A stretch of 64,000 nt of DNA, taken from assembly GCF_009914755.1 (NCBI RefSeq), contig NC_060925.1. One strand, 5' to 3'. This stretch comes from the human T2T-CHM13v2.0 reference genome, Homo sapiens. This document shows, piece after piece, positions 33,816-47,904 of this stretch. A program made the translations under genes and the position numbers. The notes beneath the pieces were generated by a model that ran no database searches, was not told where the DNA came from, and saw nothing but the letters and a program-made list of their open reading frames with translations. The first letter of the stretch is position 1, and each line of letters begins with the position of its first letter.

Positions 33816-34368
33816 CTATATCCAGTATCTTTATCGTAAGGTGTGGTGAAAATATAATGGATTATGAATCTGACGACCTGAGTACCATTTCCTATTGCTT
33901 TGCTAAAAATTTTGGACCTTGTGGACAATTCATGCCACCTTTCTGTGTCTCTGAAATCTCCAAGGTCCTTCCCAACCATGACATTTCAAAGTTTATGATT
34001 TGTTCCAGAATTTCCAGGATTCGGCATAACGTACCTGTCGTCATCCCTTCCAGGAACCGTGGCTTTTCTTGCCTGGCCCAGGGGTTGAGAATGGTGGTGG
34101 TTCATGGCCTTCAGTGCTCTTTGGTCTCACCGACTCTTGTTCCTTTTCAGTTTATGTGGATCCGTGAAATGGAAATTCTCCATTCCATGTCCCTGCCTTC
34201 ATTCCTTCTAGCCTTTGCATTGTTGTAGGCGCTGTACTAAATTTGAAGGAAACAAAGATGAAAATGATATGGTCTCTGCCCTCAGGGAAGTCTAGTGGAG
34301 GGGCCACCATGAACATGCAATTGCTATAGAGTGCTGAGGTTCATGGTCTGCTTGGGTGCTGTGGGAGC

Positions 34369-34871
34369 TTATGAGGTTCAGGCCATCCTACCCCAAAATA
34401 TGGCACCTTGGCACTTGAGGAAACAGAATCAGGCCATAGACTCTAGAAAGAATTCTCCTCATCCCTTATCCTCTGAAAAGGGCCATAAAACCTAGCTGAA
34501 TTTCCCTTAAAATAGGTCATAAGACCCTCGTTCCATAGAAGTCCTCCCTCTACCCAGAGAAAAGGGATATCCTCATGTCTGATGACATAGAGGTGCCAGG
34601 AAGAATCTGGACAAACAAGCCTTGCCAATTTCCCCCAGTTTATCACCATTAGATCACACCCTTTTTTTGTCCTCCACTCACACTTCTGCACGACTGTCCA
34701 TAAAAACATGCAGGTCTCCATGTTTCTTTGGGTTTCTATTTCTGAAGACTCCCGTGTCACATAAAACTTAAATAAATGTGTATGGTTTTCTCTCGTTAAT
34801 CTGTCTTTGGCTGTGGGGTCTCAGTCATGAAACTTGCCATGCCTAAAGGAATCAATCTTTTCTTCCTTGCA
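34369..34871 (+). mobile_element. MER34/MER39-clade ERV1 solo LTR (copy 1)
   Basis: taccccaaaatatggcaccttggca; gaatctggacaaacaagccttgc; AATAAA; TSD gagc (34365-34368 / 34872-34875). Confidence 0.8.
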
Positions 34872-35528
34872 GAGCACTTTAGTATGGGAGTCGGGGGCAG
34901 GGGTGAAGGGAGGCTGTCCAAAGATAAAGTTGAAGCTGTGATGGATGACTAGGAGTTCCTCAGACAAGTGTGGTGATAGGAAGGGGTGTCACTGAGCAGG
35001 TGCAGAGAGGGCATTCCAAGTGGAAAACACACAAGTGCAAAGCTTCAATAGGGAGAGAGAAGAAACTAGAAATTACTTAGAGTGGTAAGGCACAAAGTGG
35101 GACAAAAAGGGAAATCAGAGGGTGTTACTTTAGGGCCCCCAAGAAAGCCTGTCCTCAGGGCAATGGGAAGCCAGCAGTGGCTGGAACAGCAGCCAAAGAT
35201 TGGCTTTCTCACACCTGCTCCTGACGACCTGACTATGTCCCTATGGCTGTGACTCTTGTGAGCTGTGCTCTCAGGCTGTAGATTTTCAGGAGAGAGGTGG
35301 ATGCTGCTAGGGGAATGTGATTAGCAAGCAGTGGAGATGGTAAGTTTGACTGTCTCAGCAACATTCTGAGGCCTGTTTTTCCTCCTAGGTGGCAGTCACA
35401 GGAATTATTTAAATCAATGTCATTTCAGGGTTGAGGCCCCCAGCACATCGTAATGGAAAGTGCACTGGCTGGGGTTAAGAGGCCTGATTGCTCATTGAGG
35501 TGGCACCATTTACGACCTTGAATGACAC

Positions 35529-36357
<829 letters not shown>

Positions 36358-36474
36358 ACTCTGGCAAGTAGCAACCTTTTTCAGTTTACTTACTCTCAGT
36401 GCCCTTCCCGCTTTAGAATAAGGTCCATTGATTGAGTAAGATGCCTTCCCACCTTGTCCAGTGACTTGTGTACC

Positions 36475-36660
36475 TGGCGGTGGTTCTGGGCGTGTGCTCT
36501 ACCAGCATCACCTGGGAACTTGCTAGAAATGCAAATGTATTGTGCTCCACTCCAGACCTAGTGAATCAGAAATCCGGGGGGGGGGGAGGTGGGGGTGGGG
36601 ACTTAGACATCTTGTTTTAAGGAGGCCTGCAGGCGATTCTGGCGAACACTAAAGTTTAAT
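36475..36660. mobile_element. MER5A with an expanded G-run
   Basis: ccagcatcacctgggaacttgctagaaatgcaaat...ccagacctagtgaatcagaaa...ctaaagttt. Confidence 0.75.
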
Positions 36661-36684
36661 AATCATAAATATAGGGTACACTTT

Positions 36685-37435
36685 AATAAAAATTTGCCGC
36701 AGCAAACGGGAAAATACCAATTTAGCTCTGTTTGCTGCAGCTTCGCAGCTTTACCAGGAGAGGGCGCCGACGGACCTGACTTTTGCCTTGCCTCGCAGTA
36801 GAGCCCAACTAGAGGGTAAACAGCAGCCACAGTAAGTTCTAGCTGTTGCAGAAATAAATTACAAATACATGTAGGAAAAAGGACTTCAAAAGGCTGCGGT
36901 ATCAAAGTGGCAGTTAAAGAGAAGGCAACGCTCAGAGTTGCAGGTGGAGCAGCGGCGGCTGCATCAGCGTCTCAAATTGCGAAAACATTTTGGGCTGAAG
37001 TATTTCTTTGTAGCATTTCGTGGAGCCCCTTTCCTTTGATATACACTAGCCTTCCGACTTCCCTTTGTTCTTTTTTCACACGTCAGGTTTTATCGCTGAC
37101 AAGCTCCAACGCGTCAAAGGCGTTAGATCTGAGGGCTGCAGCAGCCTTCGCGGTTCCGCATTGAGCTCCTTCCTGCAGCCCTCTGCGGAGGTCACGGCCA
37201 CGTGTGGGCAGGGAAGGCCCCCTACCCACTTCCTCATTCGGACCCGTCACCTTTAGCCGGCGACCACCTTTTGATCTCTTGTGTTGCACTTGTGTCCCCC
37301 GTTTCTCCTCCAGCTTCCCTGGAGTCCCTCATTGTGGAGCTGTTCACGGCCCCAGTCCCTGCACAGCGGGGTTTTGCACGAAAGAGGCCGTGAGGGCCAG
37401 AACTTAGTACAGCCTTGAATACTGGGGCGGGGAAT
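36685..37435. promoter_or_regulatory. CpG-island-like unique element (candidate promoter/enhancer)
   Basis: Roughly 35 CpGs in ~750 bp against a strongly CpG-depleted background; FOX-type gtaaaca 36816-36822, E-box cacgtg 37199-37204, ETS-type cacttcct, GC box ggggcggg near 37424. Confidence 0.6.
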
Positions 37436-38972
37436 GGGGGTAAGAAAAACAAAACCTCCCCACTGGTCCTCTTCTCTCTCTCTAGCACTGCATATTCATC
37501 TTGACACCAAGTCACACCCCCATCAGGAAGTCTGGTTTTGGGGGTAGTGGGCACAGGACGATTTGGGGGATTTTTGCATTTGTTTGAGCTACAGGGAAAG
37601 AGAAATATTTAACTCCTGAAAAGAATCAGCATACCAGGTGCCTTATTATACTGTGTGTATGTGCTATTGAGCAGTCTAGAAACCTTTCTGCAGTCGTGTT
37701 CTGCAGATTTCATCCCAACAGAAAATTGCATCTTCCAAAAAATGTAGTTCAAAATAATAAGGCTTCATTCATTTTTAAATGACCAGAGCATTTCCTTCTC
37801 TCAGGGGAGGGGGGCAGGGAAGGGGATTGTGTGGAGATCTGTACTAGGAAACAAATGCCTATAGGTGTAGGAGAGACATGTTTTATAATTTTAAGAATAT
37901 ACAAGGGACATCTGTTCTCAGTTTACACTGGGATGCTCATATATTTATTCTAAACAAGAAATTCAAATGGAAAAGGCTTCACTGTGCAGGAGAGACAGGA
38001 AAAGGAAGAGTGAAATCGTTGAGAGCACGGGTTTTGGTTTTGTGGTGACAGATTCAAGGCAATGAACACACATGATGTTTTGCTCCTCAGGGCCAGGTTG
38101 TCTCCAGTGTGTAGTGTATACACATTTAAATGATGGTTTGTAACTGCAGAGTTGTTATCTTGACTTTAGAATAATAAGAAAGAAAATAGAGAAAATGCAA
38201 GGGATACTCCACAGCTGTTCTTGATTTGTCACTGTGATACAATCTAGTTTTTTTGTTGTTGTATAGTTTATTTGTTTTATGGTTTTTGCCCTCCCTCACA
38301 ATGGTCTAAAATTCTGAAGCTTCTCTGTCAGTTTCTGGATAACAGGGAACCATGTCTTCCTACCCTCATTTTGTTTTCATTTCCACAAATTGAAGGTAAA
38401 GGTATTTCCCTTCCACTTCATGCCAAGAAGTCAATGCTTGCTGCTGCATCCCCAGAAGAGTGTGACACGTATTAGGAGCTCAAGAAACATTTCCTAAATA
38501 AATAAACAATCCCAAGGCTTGTGCTCTTTCCACTGTGCCAACTTCCTTTTGCATCTTGATCCTTCTCACATGGCAACACCTTTTCAACACCTTTTCTGGG
38601 TAGGGACCTTCCCCCTCACTAACCACCCAGAGGTTAGACTCCTCTTGGGAGTCAGAAGATTGTGCTGCTTGCTCAAGATCCAGATGGCTTGCACTGTGCA
38701 GCTCACAGTAGATCTCTGTCATGCCTTCCAGCTGTCAAAATCCCAGTGGGATACTCTGGCTGGTCCACTTCCAGCTTCTTTCCCTGTCTGACCCCCTTTA
38801 TAGGCTATATGCCTGGGATCTCCTTGCTCATGTCAAAGTGGGGAAGACGTGGCTTCTGTGGACTTGATGGTCCTACTGAGAAAAGCCAGATGAAACTTCG
38901 CTTGAAAGACTAGGGATAAGAAAGCCTACTTGGCATGACAGCATCCAAAATCCATTTGTTGGTCACAAGTTC

Positions 38973-39394
38973 TGAGATGGTTAATTGTATGTGTCAACTT
39001 GACTGGGCTGAGGGATGGCTGGGTAAAGCTGATAAACATAGTTTCCGCTGCTCCACCTGCAACTCTGAGTATTGCCTTCTCTTTAACTGCCACTTTGATA
39101 CCGCAGCCTTTTGAAGTCCTTTTTCCTATATGTATTTGTAATTTATTTCTGCAACAGTCAATGAGGGTGCAATTACCATTTGAATCAGAAGACCAAGTAA
39201 AGAAGGTCCATACTTACCAATGTAGGTGGGAATCATCCAATAATCTGTTCAGTACCTGAGTAGAACAAAGGTAGGGGAAGGAGTTTGCCACCTTTTGCTT
39301 CCTGCCTGGTTGCTTGAGCAAGGACGTTGGTCTTTCCCTGCCCTTGTATATATCCTATTGGTTCTATTCCTCTGGAGAACCCTGATTAAATACA
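38973..39394 (+). mobile_element. MLT2 (ERVL) solo LTR carrying a 113-bp foreign insert
   Basis: tgagatggttaattgtatgtgtcaacttgactgggc ... atcctattggttctattcctctggagaaccctga..taca. Confidence 0.85.
39045..39157 (-). repeat. Inverted duplicate of 36843-36955
   Basis: Manual alignment: 110/113 identical, ungapped. Confidence 0.97.
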
Positions 39395-40321
39395 AGATTC
39401 TTGGGCTCGGTCATTTGAATGTTTCCAGTGGTTTCACCCAGATTCCTTTTAGCATCTATTTAAGTCATTGTGTTTCTAGTGTCCCATGCCCTGTGGTGAA
39501 AACTTCTGGGTTCGGGGGGTTGGGTTGGCTTAGGGCTAGGACTGGGCCCAGAAATTCAGGGACACGCTACTTGGCTGCTTCCTCCAGCAGCCTGGGCAAG
39601 GCCCCTGAGCCTCCTCCTGAACCAATTTTTCAGCCTGACCTGAAATTCTTGTCCAGAACATTAGGACAGTGGGATCTTTAAGCTGGGAGCTTTGATGTTA
39701 CTTCATGGAGTTCGCCTGTGATGGTTTCCCTTTCACTTTGTAGTAACTCTAAGAGTAGGTTCTAGGAACTAGGTTCTTGCCCGATTCTTTGTGTCTAAGC
39801 TCTGCTTATACTGCTGTTCTGGTAACTGAGTCCTAGTCTTGTTACCTACAGGGCCTGAGCTCCTGAACCCTTTCCCTGTACAGGGATCATGGCTCACTGT
39901 AGCTTCAAACTCCTGGGCTCAAGGGATCCTCCTGCCTTAGCCTCCCAAAGTGCTGGGATTACAGGCATGAGCCACAGCACCTGCCCTCACCTTCTGGCAT
40001 TTTTTGATCACCTTCTCTCGCCTGCCTTGTGCCCAGTTATCCTGGGACCAGAGTCTTGCTCCTAAATGCTGGACGCTGTGCTGGGTGTCTATTTCTGGGT
40101 TCTTCTGATACAATTACTTGGCTCTCTGAGGCAGTGCTCCAGCTGCCCGTCTACCCTGTTGGATGCAACTGGACTTCATGATGTCAGTACTCCCAGGGAC
40201 TTCTTCCTAGTACTGACTTCACCCAAACAGGTCTGCGTGCCTTCAGGTCCCAGCTGTCCTAGTTTGGCTCATCACTTCAGTCTCACCCCTTCTGACTTTC
40301 ACACACCTTCAGAGAGACTTC

Positions 40322-40605
40322 CTTGAGACAGGGTCTTGCTCTGTTGCTCAGGCTGGAGTGCAGTGGTGAGATCATAGCTCGCTGCAACCTCAAACTCCTG
40401 GGCTCAAGAGATCTTCCCACCTCAATCGCCCAATTAGCTAGGACTACAGGTATGTGCCAACATGCCCAGCTAATTTTTTATTTTTTTGGAGAGACAGGGT
40501 TTCTCTATTTTGCCCAGACTGGTCTTGAACTTCAAGGGCTCAAGTGATCCTCTTACCTTGGCCTTCCAAAATGTTGGGATTACAGGTGTGAGCCACTGCA
40601 CCTTG
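40322..40605 (-). mobile_element. AluJ
   Basis: Full dimer lacking tail. Confidence 0.9.
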
Positions 40606-40749
40606 CTTAGAGACACTTTCTTTAGAAAAGATTCAGAACACCAATTTGTCCCTAGCACCATTCAGTTTAAAACCCTTCAAAGGTTCCTCATTCCCTTTCA
40701 AAGAAAGTTCAAATTCCAAGTTATAATCATCCTTTACCAGATTGTAGTA

Positions 40750-41265
40750 TGATACAGTTTTGTGTAGTGGCTAAGAGCACAGATCCTAGGTTCAGACTGC
40801 CTACATTCAAATTCAGGGGCTCCCTTTTAAGCCAGTTGATGTTTCTCAATCTGGGTCCTTGGACAATAGCCAAACAGCAGCAGCAAGCCTCTCCTATCTG
40901 CTTGCACACAGGTGGCACAAATTGCTATTGTTTCTATGACAACTGATGGCTTTTTTCCCCCATTTCATAAAAGCCGCCTGTATGGTGGACAGCAGCATGT
41001 GGAAGAAATGTGCTAGGCAGGGACTAGCCTGGTAGAACGCCCAAGCAACGTATACCGCGATTTTATTGTCTTCACCAGTCGTGGCTCTTTGTCTCCGAGT
41101 TCTGTCATATACTAGCTGTGTGAACTTGCTCTTGGGACTCAGTTTCCTTACCTATAAAATGGTGCTATTTACTCTTAAGGTAGTCAAGAGAATTAAATGA
41201 GTTGATATACCTAAAACACTTAGAACAGAATTTGACACATCATAGGCTGTTAGCTGTTATCATTT
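40750..41265 (+). mobile_element. MIR split by a 295-bp insert
   Basis: gtagtggctaagagcacag...agactgcctacattc [insert] gtcatatactagctgtgtga...ctcagtttccttacctataaaatgg...attaaatgagttgata. Confidence 0.8.
40809..41103 (+). repeat. Direct duplicate (derived copy) of 43570-43864
   Basis: Manual alignment: 295 bp ungapped, 13 substitutions (~95.6%). Confidence 0.97.
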
Positions 41266-43569
41266 TTCAAGATTGAATCTCTAGCTGTCCACTTTTACCA
41301 CATGTTCCACCTAGAGTGAACCACCAGTATTCCCCTTGAACATATCATGGTTTATGTTTATACCTGTTTATGTGTTATTTCAACAACTTGTCTTTCAAAA
41401 CCCAGCAGGATTTCGGCTTAAGAGAAGTCTTCTTTTGCTTCCTATATGATTTAGATGATTCCACCATACTACACAAGCAACATCTACTATCACGCCATCT
41501 TTTAACCTGTAATTGACCTATTCTTTCACCTGCAATACAGGAGTCATCTTCAGAGGAAGGGATGCTTCTCAGTGTTTGAGTCTACAGCACCTAGAACAGT
41601 GTTTGCGGAGAGTGAATACTCATTCAGCGAAAGGATTCCATTGCTTGTAAAGTTATGATTATGACCTTGGTTTCCTCAGCTATTAAAGGAGCCAAGCTTG
41701 ACCCTCCTTTAGCATGACCCAGAGTGGTTCAAGCCGGGAGCTGCTCTGACACTGACTCAGTCCCTGGGTGGTGATGACTCACTGCTGGGGCTTTACCTTC
41801 CAGAGCCTCTTCTGATAGATGGGATTTTCTGAAACTTCTTTCCTCCCATTGGATCCATGATTCCAGCACTGTCCTCCACAGCTCAGGGAGAGGGTGCTTT
41901 GTTCTGTGGACTGTGCAAAGACCTTCTTGCTGTAGAATGTGTGACTATGACTGAGCTATTCTCAGAGGCTCATCAGAAGTGCTAGAAGAAATACCTTGAT
42001 TGTCAGAGACGTTTAGTTACCTATAAATATCTCTTTCCTCTTTTACTTAGCAGCAGTAATTTATTCAAAGTAGCAATGAATCCAGCCTAAAGACTGTGTT
42101 TTCCATACACCTTGCAGCTAGGTATGGCCATATAATTAGATTCCAGCCAGTGAGTTTTACACGGAAGTGTTGGCTGGTACTTCTGGCAAACCTTTGTAGA
42201 AAGGGAAGAGTGTGCCTTTTTCCCTCTTTCCTGCTGTTTGGAATGTGGTTGTGACTGCTGTGGAAATAACAGCCACTGTGGACCCTGAGGCTGAGGCCCT
42301 CAGCCTAAAAGTGGAAAGGAAAGCTGAAAGGAGCCTGGGTCCCCAACTATGGCAAAACTCCCATAGCAGCCCAGGTCTGCCAATTTCTGGCTTTTGTCAG
42401 GGCTCTTTTTAACTTATTTTAATATTTTATTTCTTACCAAACACCTAGAATTCAAGAAGATAGGGCTCTTTTTGACTCTCTGTCTCATGCGGCTAAGCCA
42501 AATCCGACTGATCTGGTGTGCAATTTGTTCTCGTCCCAGCAGGAGCATGCGAAAAGCTTCTGAATGAATTTGGACCATGGCTCAGAATCGAGCCTCAAAC
42601 CAACCCACTTGCCTGGTGTGAGGTTGTGTTGTTTTGTAGCCTCTGGAAACTTTGCCCTGCGAATGGCTGCCCCCCTGCCTCCTACTGTTTCCATGTGATT
42701 CCCAACCTCACTCCCTCAGGTCTCTAGTTTCTTCTACCCTTCATTTGGATTTGACTTTCTGCCTGGTGACAGACCGGCCGCCCAGCTCGTGTCACCCATG
42801 GCTTTAACACCAAACCGCTAAGTCTCCACTCCCGGCTCACTGATCTGTATGTACAAACCTTGGATACTCTCAGCTTCCTTCAGTACTGACAAAGCATAAA
42901 GAGCAGGAGAGAGACTCCCAGAAGGTCTGCTAACATATCTCTTCTCCATGAGTCAAACAGACCTGAATTTTTACATGAGGTTAATATAGTTAAGGCCACT
43001 CTGTCCCATCTCTCAGGCAGATGCGTTCAGTATTGGGTGAGCCACCAGGGATTGCCAGCCATTTAGAGCCTACTGTGGAAGGATGGGGTTACTGATTTAT
43101 GGGGAAACCATTCTGCAACAGACGCAAAGAGGCCATCAGTTAAGAGAAAGCCATGGCCACCCGGCCTTGGGCTCTATCAGCGTGATCCTTGGCCGTTCAG
43201 CCTCACCCTTGGGAACTGTTCCTTTCCCAATGCTAGCCTTCATCACCAATTTAATTATGATTTCTTAGAGATGATTATAGCTTCTCCTGATGAGAACAGA
43301 TCCCATCAGGCTGAGGTCCACACCTCTGTTGTTGTTACACCTGCTATATATTCTAACAATTCTAACAGCAGAGTCACCCCTGCTGTTCCCCGTAGGATGA
43401 CGCTGGTGTAAAAAGGTTACCGTTGCTTCAGTGGCCCTTGGAGAGGGGAATTGGGGGTTGAGTCTTTCTCAAAGCATTCCCACATCGAGGCTTGTATTTT
43501 AATTAACCCTCAATCCTAAGCAAATATGTGATAGCCCACTTGAAGGGTGCAGATTTGCTTGCTTGGCAG

Positions 43570-43864
43570 AAATTCAGGGGCTCCCTTTTAAGCCGGTTGA
43601 TGTTTCTCAATCTGGGTCCTTGGACAATAGCCAAACAGCAGCAGCAAGCCTCTCCTATCTGCTTGCACAAAGGTGGCACAAATTGCTACTGTTTCTATGA
43701 CAACTGATGGCTTTTTTCCCCCACTTCTTAAAAGCCACCTGTATGATGGACAGCAGCATGTGGAAGAAATGTGCGAGGCAGTGACTAGCCTGGTAGACTG
43801 CCCGAGCAATGTATACCGCGATTTTATTGTCTTCACCAGTCGTGGCTCTTTGTCTCCGAGTTCT
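43570..43864 (+). repeat. Source copy of the 295-bp duplication; contains an RFX X-box-like motif
   Basis: Matches 40809-41103; gtttctatgacaac at 43691-43704. Confidence 0.95.
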
Positions 43865-44521
43865 TTCCATTGTTTGCCATGCAAGTCACATAGAAGGAGG
43901 AATAATAGCTGCTAGGCTGAAGGAAGAGAGACCCCAGCAATTTGTATGCAATCTCATTTGAACTCTTGGATTTGGGAAGGCAGTTTTGCTTCCCCCCCTT
44001 TTTTTTTTTTTTTCTAAACTGCTGCTCAGCTTCTTGTGCTTAATGAGGCTTTTCAGAAGGGAAAACTAGCAAACAACAAAACATGAGTTCTGCCCTTTAA
44101 GCAATTGCTTTCTAAATTCTTTATCAGAATATAGTTGTACTATCAAGGTGAGTAAAGAATTTCTATATTTGTAATTTACAGTGCCTTACGTCAAACAAGT
44201 CAGATTGCGTGGCTCCTGTAACAGCAGTGGCATTTAACATCCCATTTCAATGAATGAGGGATCTATAGGAAAAATTAACTTTCTGAAGATAATAATTACC
44301 TAATTAAGTTAAATATTTCTGGTTGGTGGTTCCCAGTGAGAGGGCTGAATATCTTTGGAAGGGCATAAACGTCAGTGCAAGGTGTGGCAAATCTATTAGA
44401 GAATCACTATGTCGACAGTCTGAATAAATACAATGACTCCCACAGATTGGTCATTTTATTTTTGAACTGTGACTAGATACTGTTTCAAATAGCAAAGTGC
44501 AAATGTATTTACTTTTTTTCC

Positions 44522-44844
44522 TTTTTTTTTTTTTTTTTTTTTTTTGAGATAAGGTCTCACTCTGTAGTCCAGACTGGAGTGTAGTGGCAGGATCTCGGCT
44601 CACTCCACCTCCACCTCCTGGGTTCAAGCAATCCTCCTGCCTCAGCCTCCCAAGTAACTGGGGTTACAGGCATGGAGCTGGGATTACAAGCGTGCATCAC
44701 CACACCTGGCTAATTTTGTATTTTTAGTAGAGACAAAGCTTCCCATATTGCTCAGGTTGGCCTCGAACTCCTGACCTCAAGTGATCCGCCCACCCCGGCC
44801 TCCCAATGTGCTGGGATTACAGGCGTGAGCCACCACGCCTGGCT
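44522..44844 (-). mobile_element. AluS with a short internal duplication
   Basis: Full dimer; ctggggttacaggcatg followed by ctgggattacaagcgtg; gcaaatgtattt TSD-like flanks. Confidence 0.9.
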
Positions 44845-45179
44845 GCAAATGTATTTTCAAAAGTAGCTAAATTACTAGAAGCTTCTGGCCATTATTTTTT
44901 CAGTCAATAGATACAAAACAAACATCTGCTATAATGGGGGAGGGGTATCAACAATTTTTAATGTTAGGTAAGGGTTCTTGTAGGCAAAATATCTTGGAAA
45001 TTGTACTCTGTAGTTTCCCCAGATGGGTAAAGAAGTTTCAAGAACATTTTGGGAGCTAGGGTATCAGAAGTCTAAGGAGGTGTTTAGAGATTGCGTAAGC
45101 TGTCTGCGCAGCAAGTATAGAGATCACACTATAGACAGAGAGATTTAGGTAAAAAACAAGTCCTGGGTTCAAGATCAGA

Positions 45180-45198
45180 TGGCCAGAAGGGGGCAGTG
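45180..45198 (+). promoter_or_regulatory. CTCF-binding motif
   Basis: tggccagaagggggcagtg closely matches the CTCF consensus TGGCCASYAGGGGGCRSY. Confidence 0.6.
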
Positions 45199-45400
45199 TG
45201 GGGAACAGTCTTGCATCTAGTTATTGACCCTAGCAGGTGATGTAGAGGTTTGCGTGAGACAGAGAGAACCCAGAAATAAGGGGGCTTGACTTAGAGAATC
45301 TCTCTGAGTCCTTCTAGCTTTGATATTCTGAGGCTTTGTATCATATAGCAAGCAGCTTTAAACTACCTAGGCTGATTGCTTTTGGGGGCTTCGAGAGCAG

Positions 45401-45884
45401 TGATGGGGTGCAGAGCATGCTACCCCCAAATATGGCACCTTGGTATATTATTTTAAGCTGCTGGAAACTGCAGAAGCAGGATGGTCACTCTCTAACCTTC
45501 TTCTGCCTTTCTCCCCCGAAGCAGACCATAAGAGAATTATCTATTTATCTTCTCTAAAAGGAGGTCTTAAGACCCTTGTTCTGGAGGGTTCCTTCCTTAT
45601 ACCCAGAGGGCAAGACGAATCTGAACAAACAGGCCTTGCTATGTTTTCTCAGCTTATTACCATCAGATCATATCCTTTTGTCTTCCAAACTTCTACACAC
45701 CTGTCCACAAAAATACAGTTTTCCCTTGTTTCTTTGGGTCTTCATTTCTAAAGCTCCCATATCATGTAAAAATTTTATTAAATTCGTTATGCTTTTCTCA
45801 TGTTACTCTGTCTTTTGTTATAGGGTTCTCAGCTGTGAACTTTGGGATGGGTTAGGAAAAGATACTATTTTTTTCTCCTCTGCA
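45401..45884 (+). mobile_element. MER34/MER39-clade ERV1 solo LTR (copy 3)
   Basis: TG...CA, TSD gcag (45397-45400 / 45885-45888); tacccccaaatatggcaccttgg; gaatctgaacaaacaggccttgc. Confidence 0.8.
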
Positions 45885-46210
45885 GCAGAAATAATAGCAA
45901 AGTTACACAAGTTACATGGCACCTGCACTTGGTTGGAAAACTTGTGGCTTGGGAACTTTCTTGGGAACTTCATTCCGTAATAGTGTGTTATGGGTCTTCT
46001 CAGAAAAAGACTTCATCTCCTCAATTCACCCCTTTTTATTTTTAAGTATATTAGCAGTAGCAAACATTGCGTGAGGGCTCAGAACTGGAGAAACTTCTTA
46101 GTTCCAAGATTTCAGAGCAGACTCTGCAAAGGATGGGGCAAAGATGCTCTGAAGGATCCCAAATTATTAAGTGACCTTTGTATGCCTATCTGTAAAATGG
46201 GACTCAAGCC

Positions 46211-46477
46211 AGTGACCCCGTTTTTAAGTTAGTGGTGGTAATATTGTATAACTTAAAAAGCATTTTGCCCAATAAATGATAGTGTTCAAGCCTAAGAGTC
46301 TTAAGCTTGTTTTGTGAAACCAGCTCAGTCTAAATGATATGGCGAATAAGATAGTGGAAAAAATAAATTATAGCTTTTGAAGGCTTCTTTTTTATTGAAA
46401 AATAGTCATATTAATATTAAACTTATGTTCTCCATGACGTTCATAAAATTTGATATAAAATATTGCCAGCTCATCTG
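46211..46477 (+). repeat. Old direct duplication, copy A (copy B at 46941-46985 plus 47291-47531)
   Basis: Shared agtgacccc...ataactt..aagcattttgcc.aataaatgatag...ctaagagtcttaag...gttttgtgaaaccagc...atattaaacttatgt...atataaaatattgc...tcatctg; roughly 80% identity by eye. Confidence 0.9.
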
Positions 46478-46931
46478 ATGAATGGCTAAACCCTTCAATT
46501 TACCCAATCTTCCCCTATAATTAACATCCTATTTTGCCATTTTCTTTATCTGGGAAACATTTGCAATGAGTGCTATATAACCACTGCCTCCAAGTTAAGT
46601 TTAATTTAGTTTTATCAATGTTTATGCATAGATAATTATTCTTAAGTGTGTAAATGCAAAAATATAGATTTCTTGTTGGTGCAACCTTTTTTTCTTTTTG
46701 TCTTGGTTTCTCGCTTCCCCACAATCACTCCCATGTCAACACCTTTGCATGTATTCTTTCTTGTATATTTATCACACACAAATATTCAATTCTATCTATG
46801 TCAACACTTGTACACTGACTAGGGTTTTGGAGTATCTCACTCCTTTACCTGTCGTTTATAGACAGGTTCCTTCCTTACCACCTTTTTGCTATGTACGTTC
46901 TTTAGTGACATACAGTTACCAAATCCAATGA

Positions 46932-47531
<600 letters not shown>

Positions 47532-47547
47532 TGACCTCTTGTGATAA

Positions 47548-47904
<357 letters not shown>

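Noticed and set aside
35382-35395. CTCF-like ctcctaggtggcag
   Set aside because: Two mismatches in the conserved CCA 5' core.
36663-39259. Paired ORFs sharing IPQPFEVLFP.CICNLFLQQ (and the SPICLH peptide overlap at ~40.9/43.65 kb) as a paralogous peptide family
   Set aside because: Fully explained by the DNA duplications; no recognisable domain and flanks run into LTR/MIR sequence.
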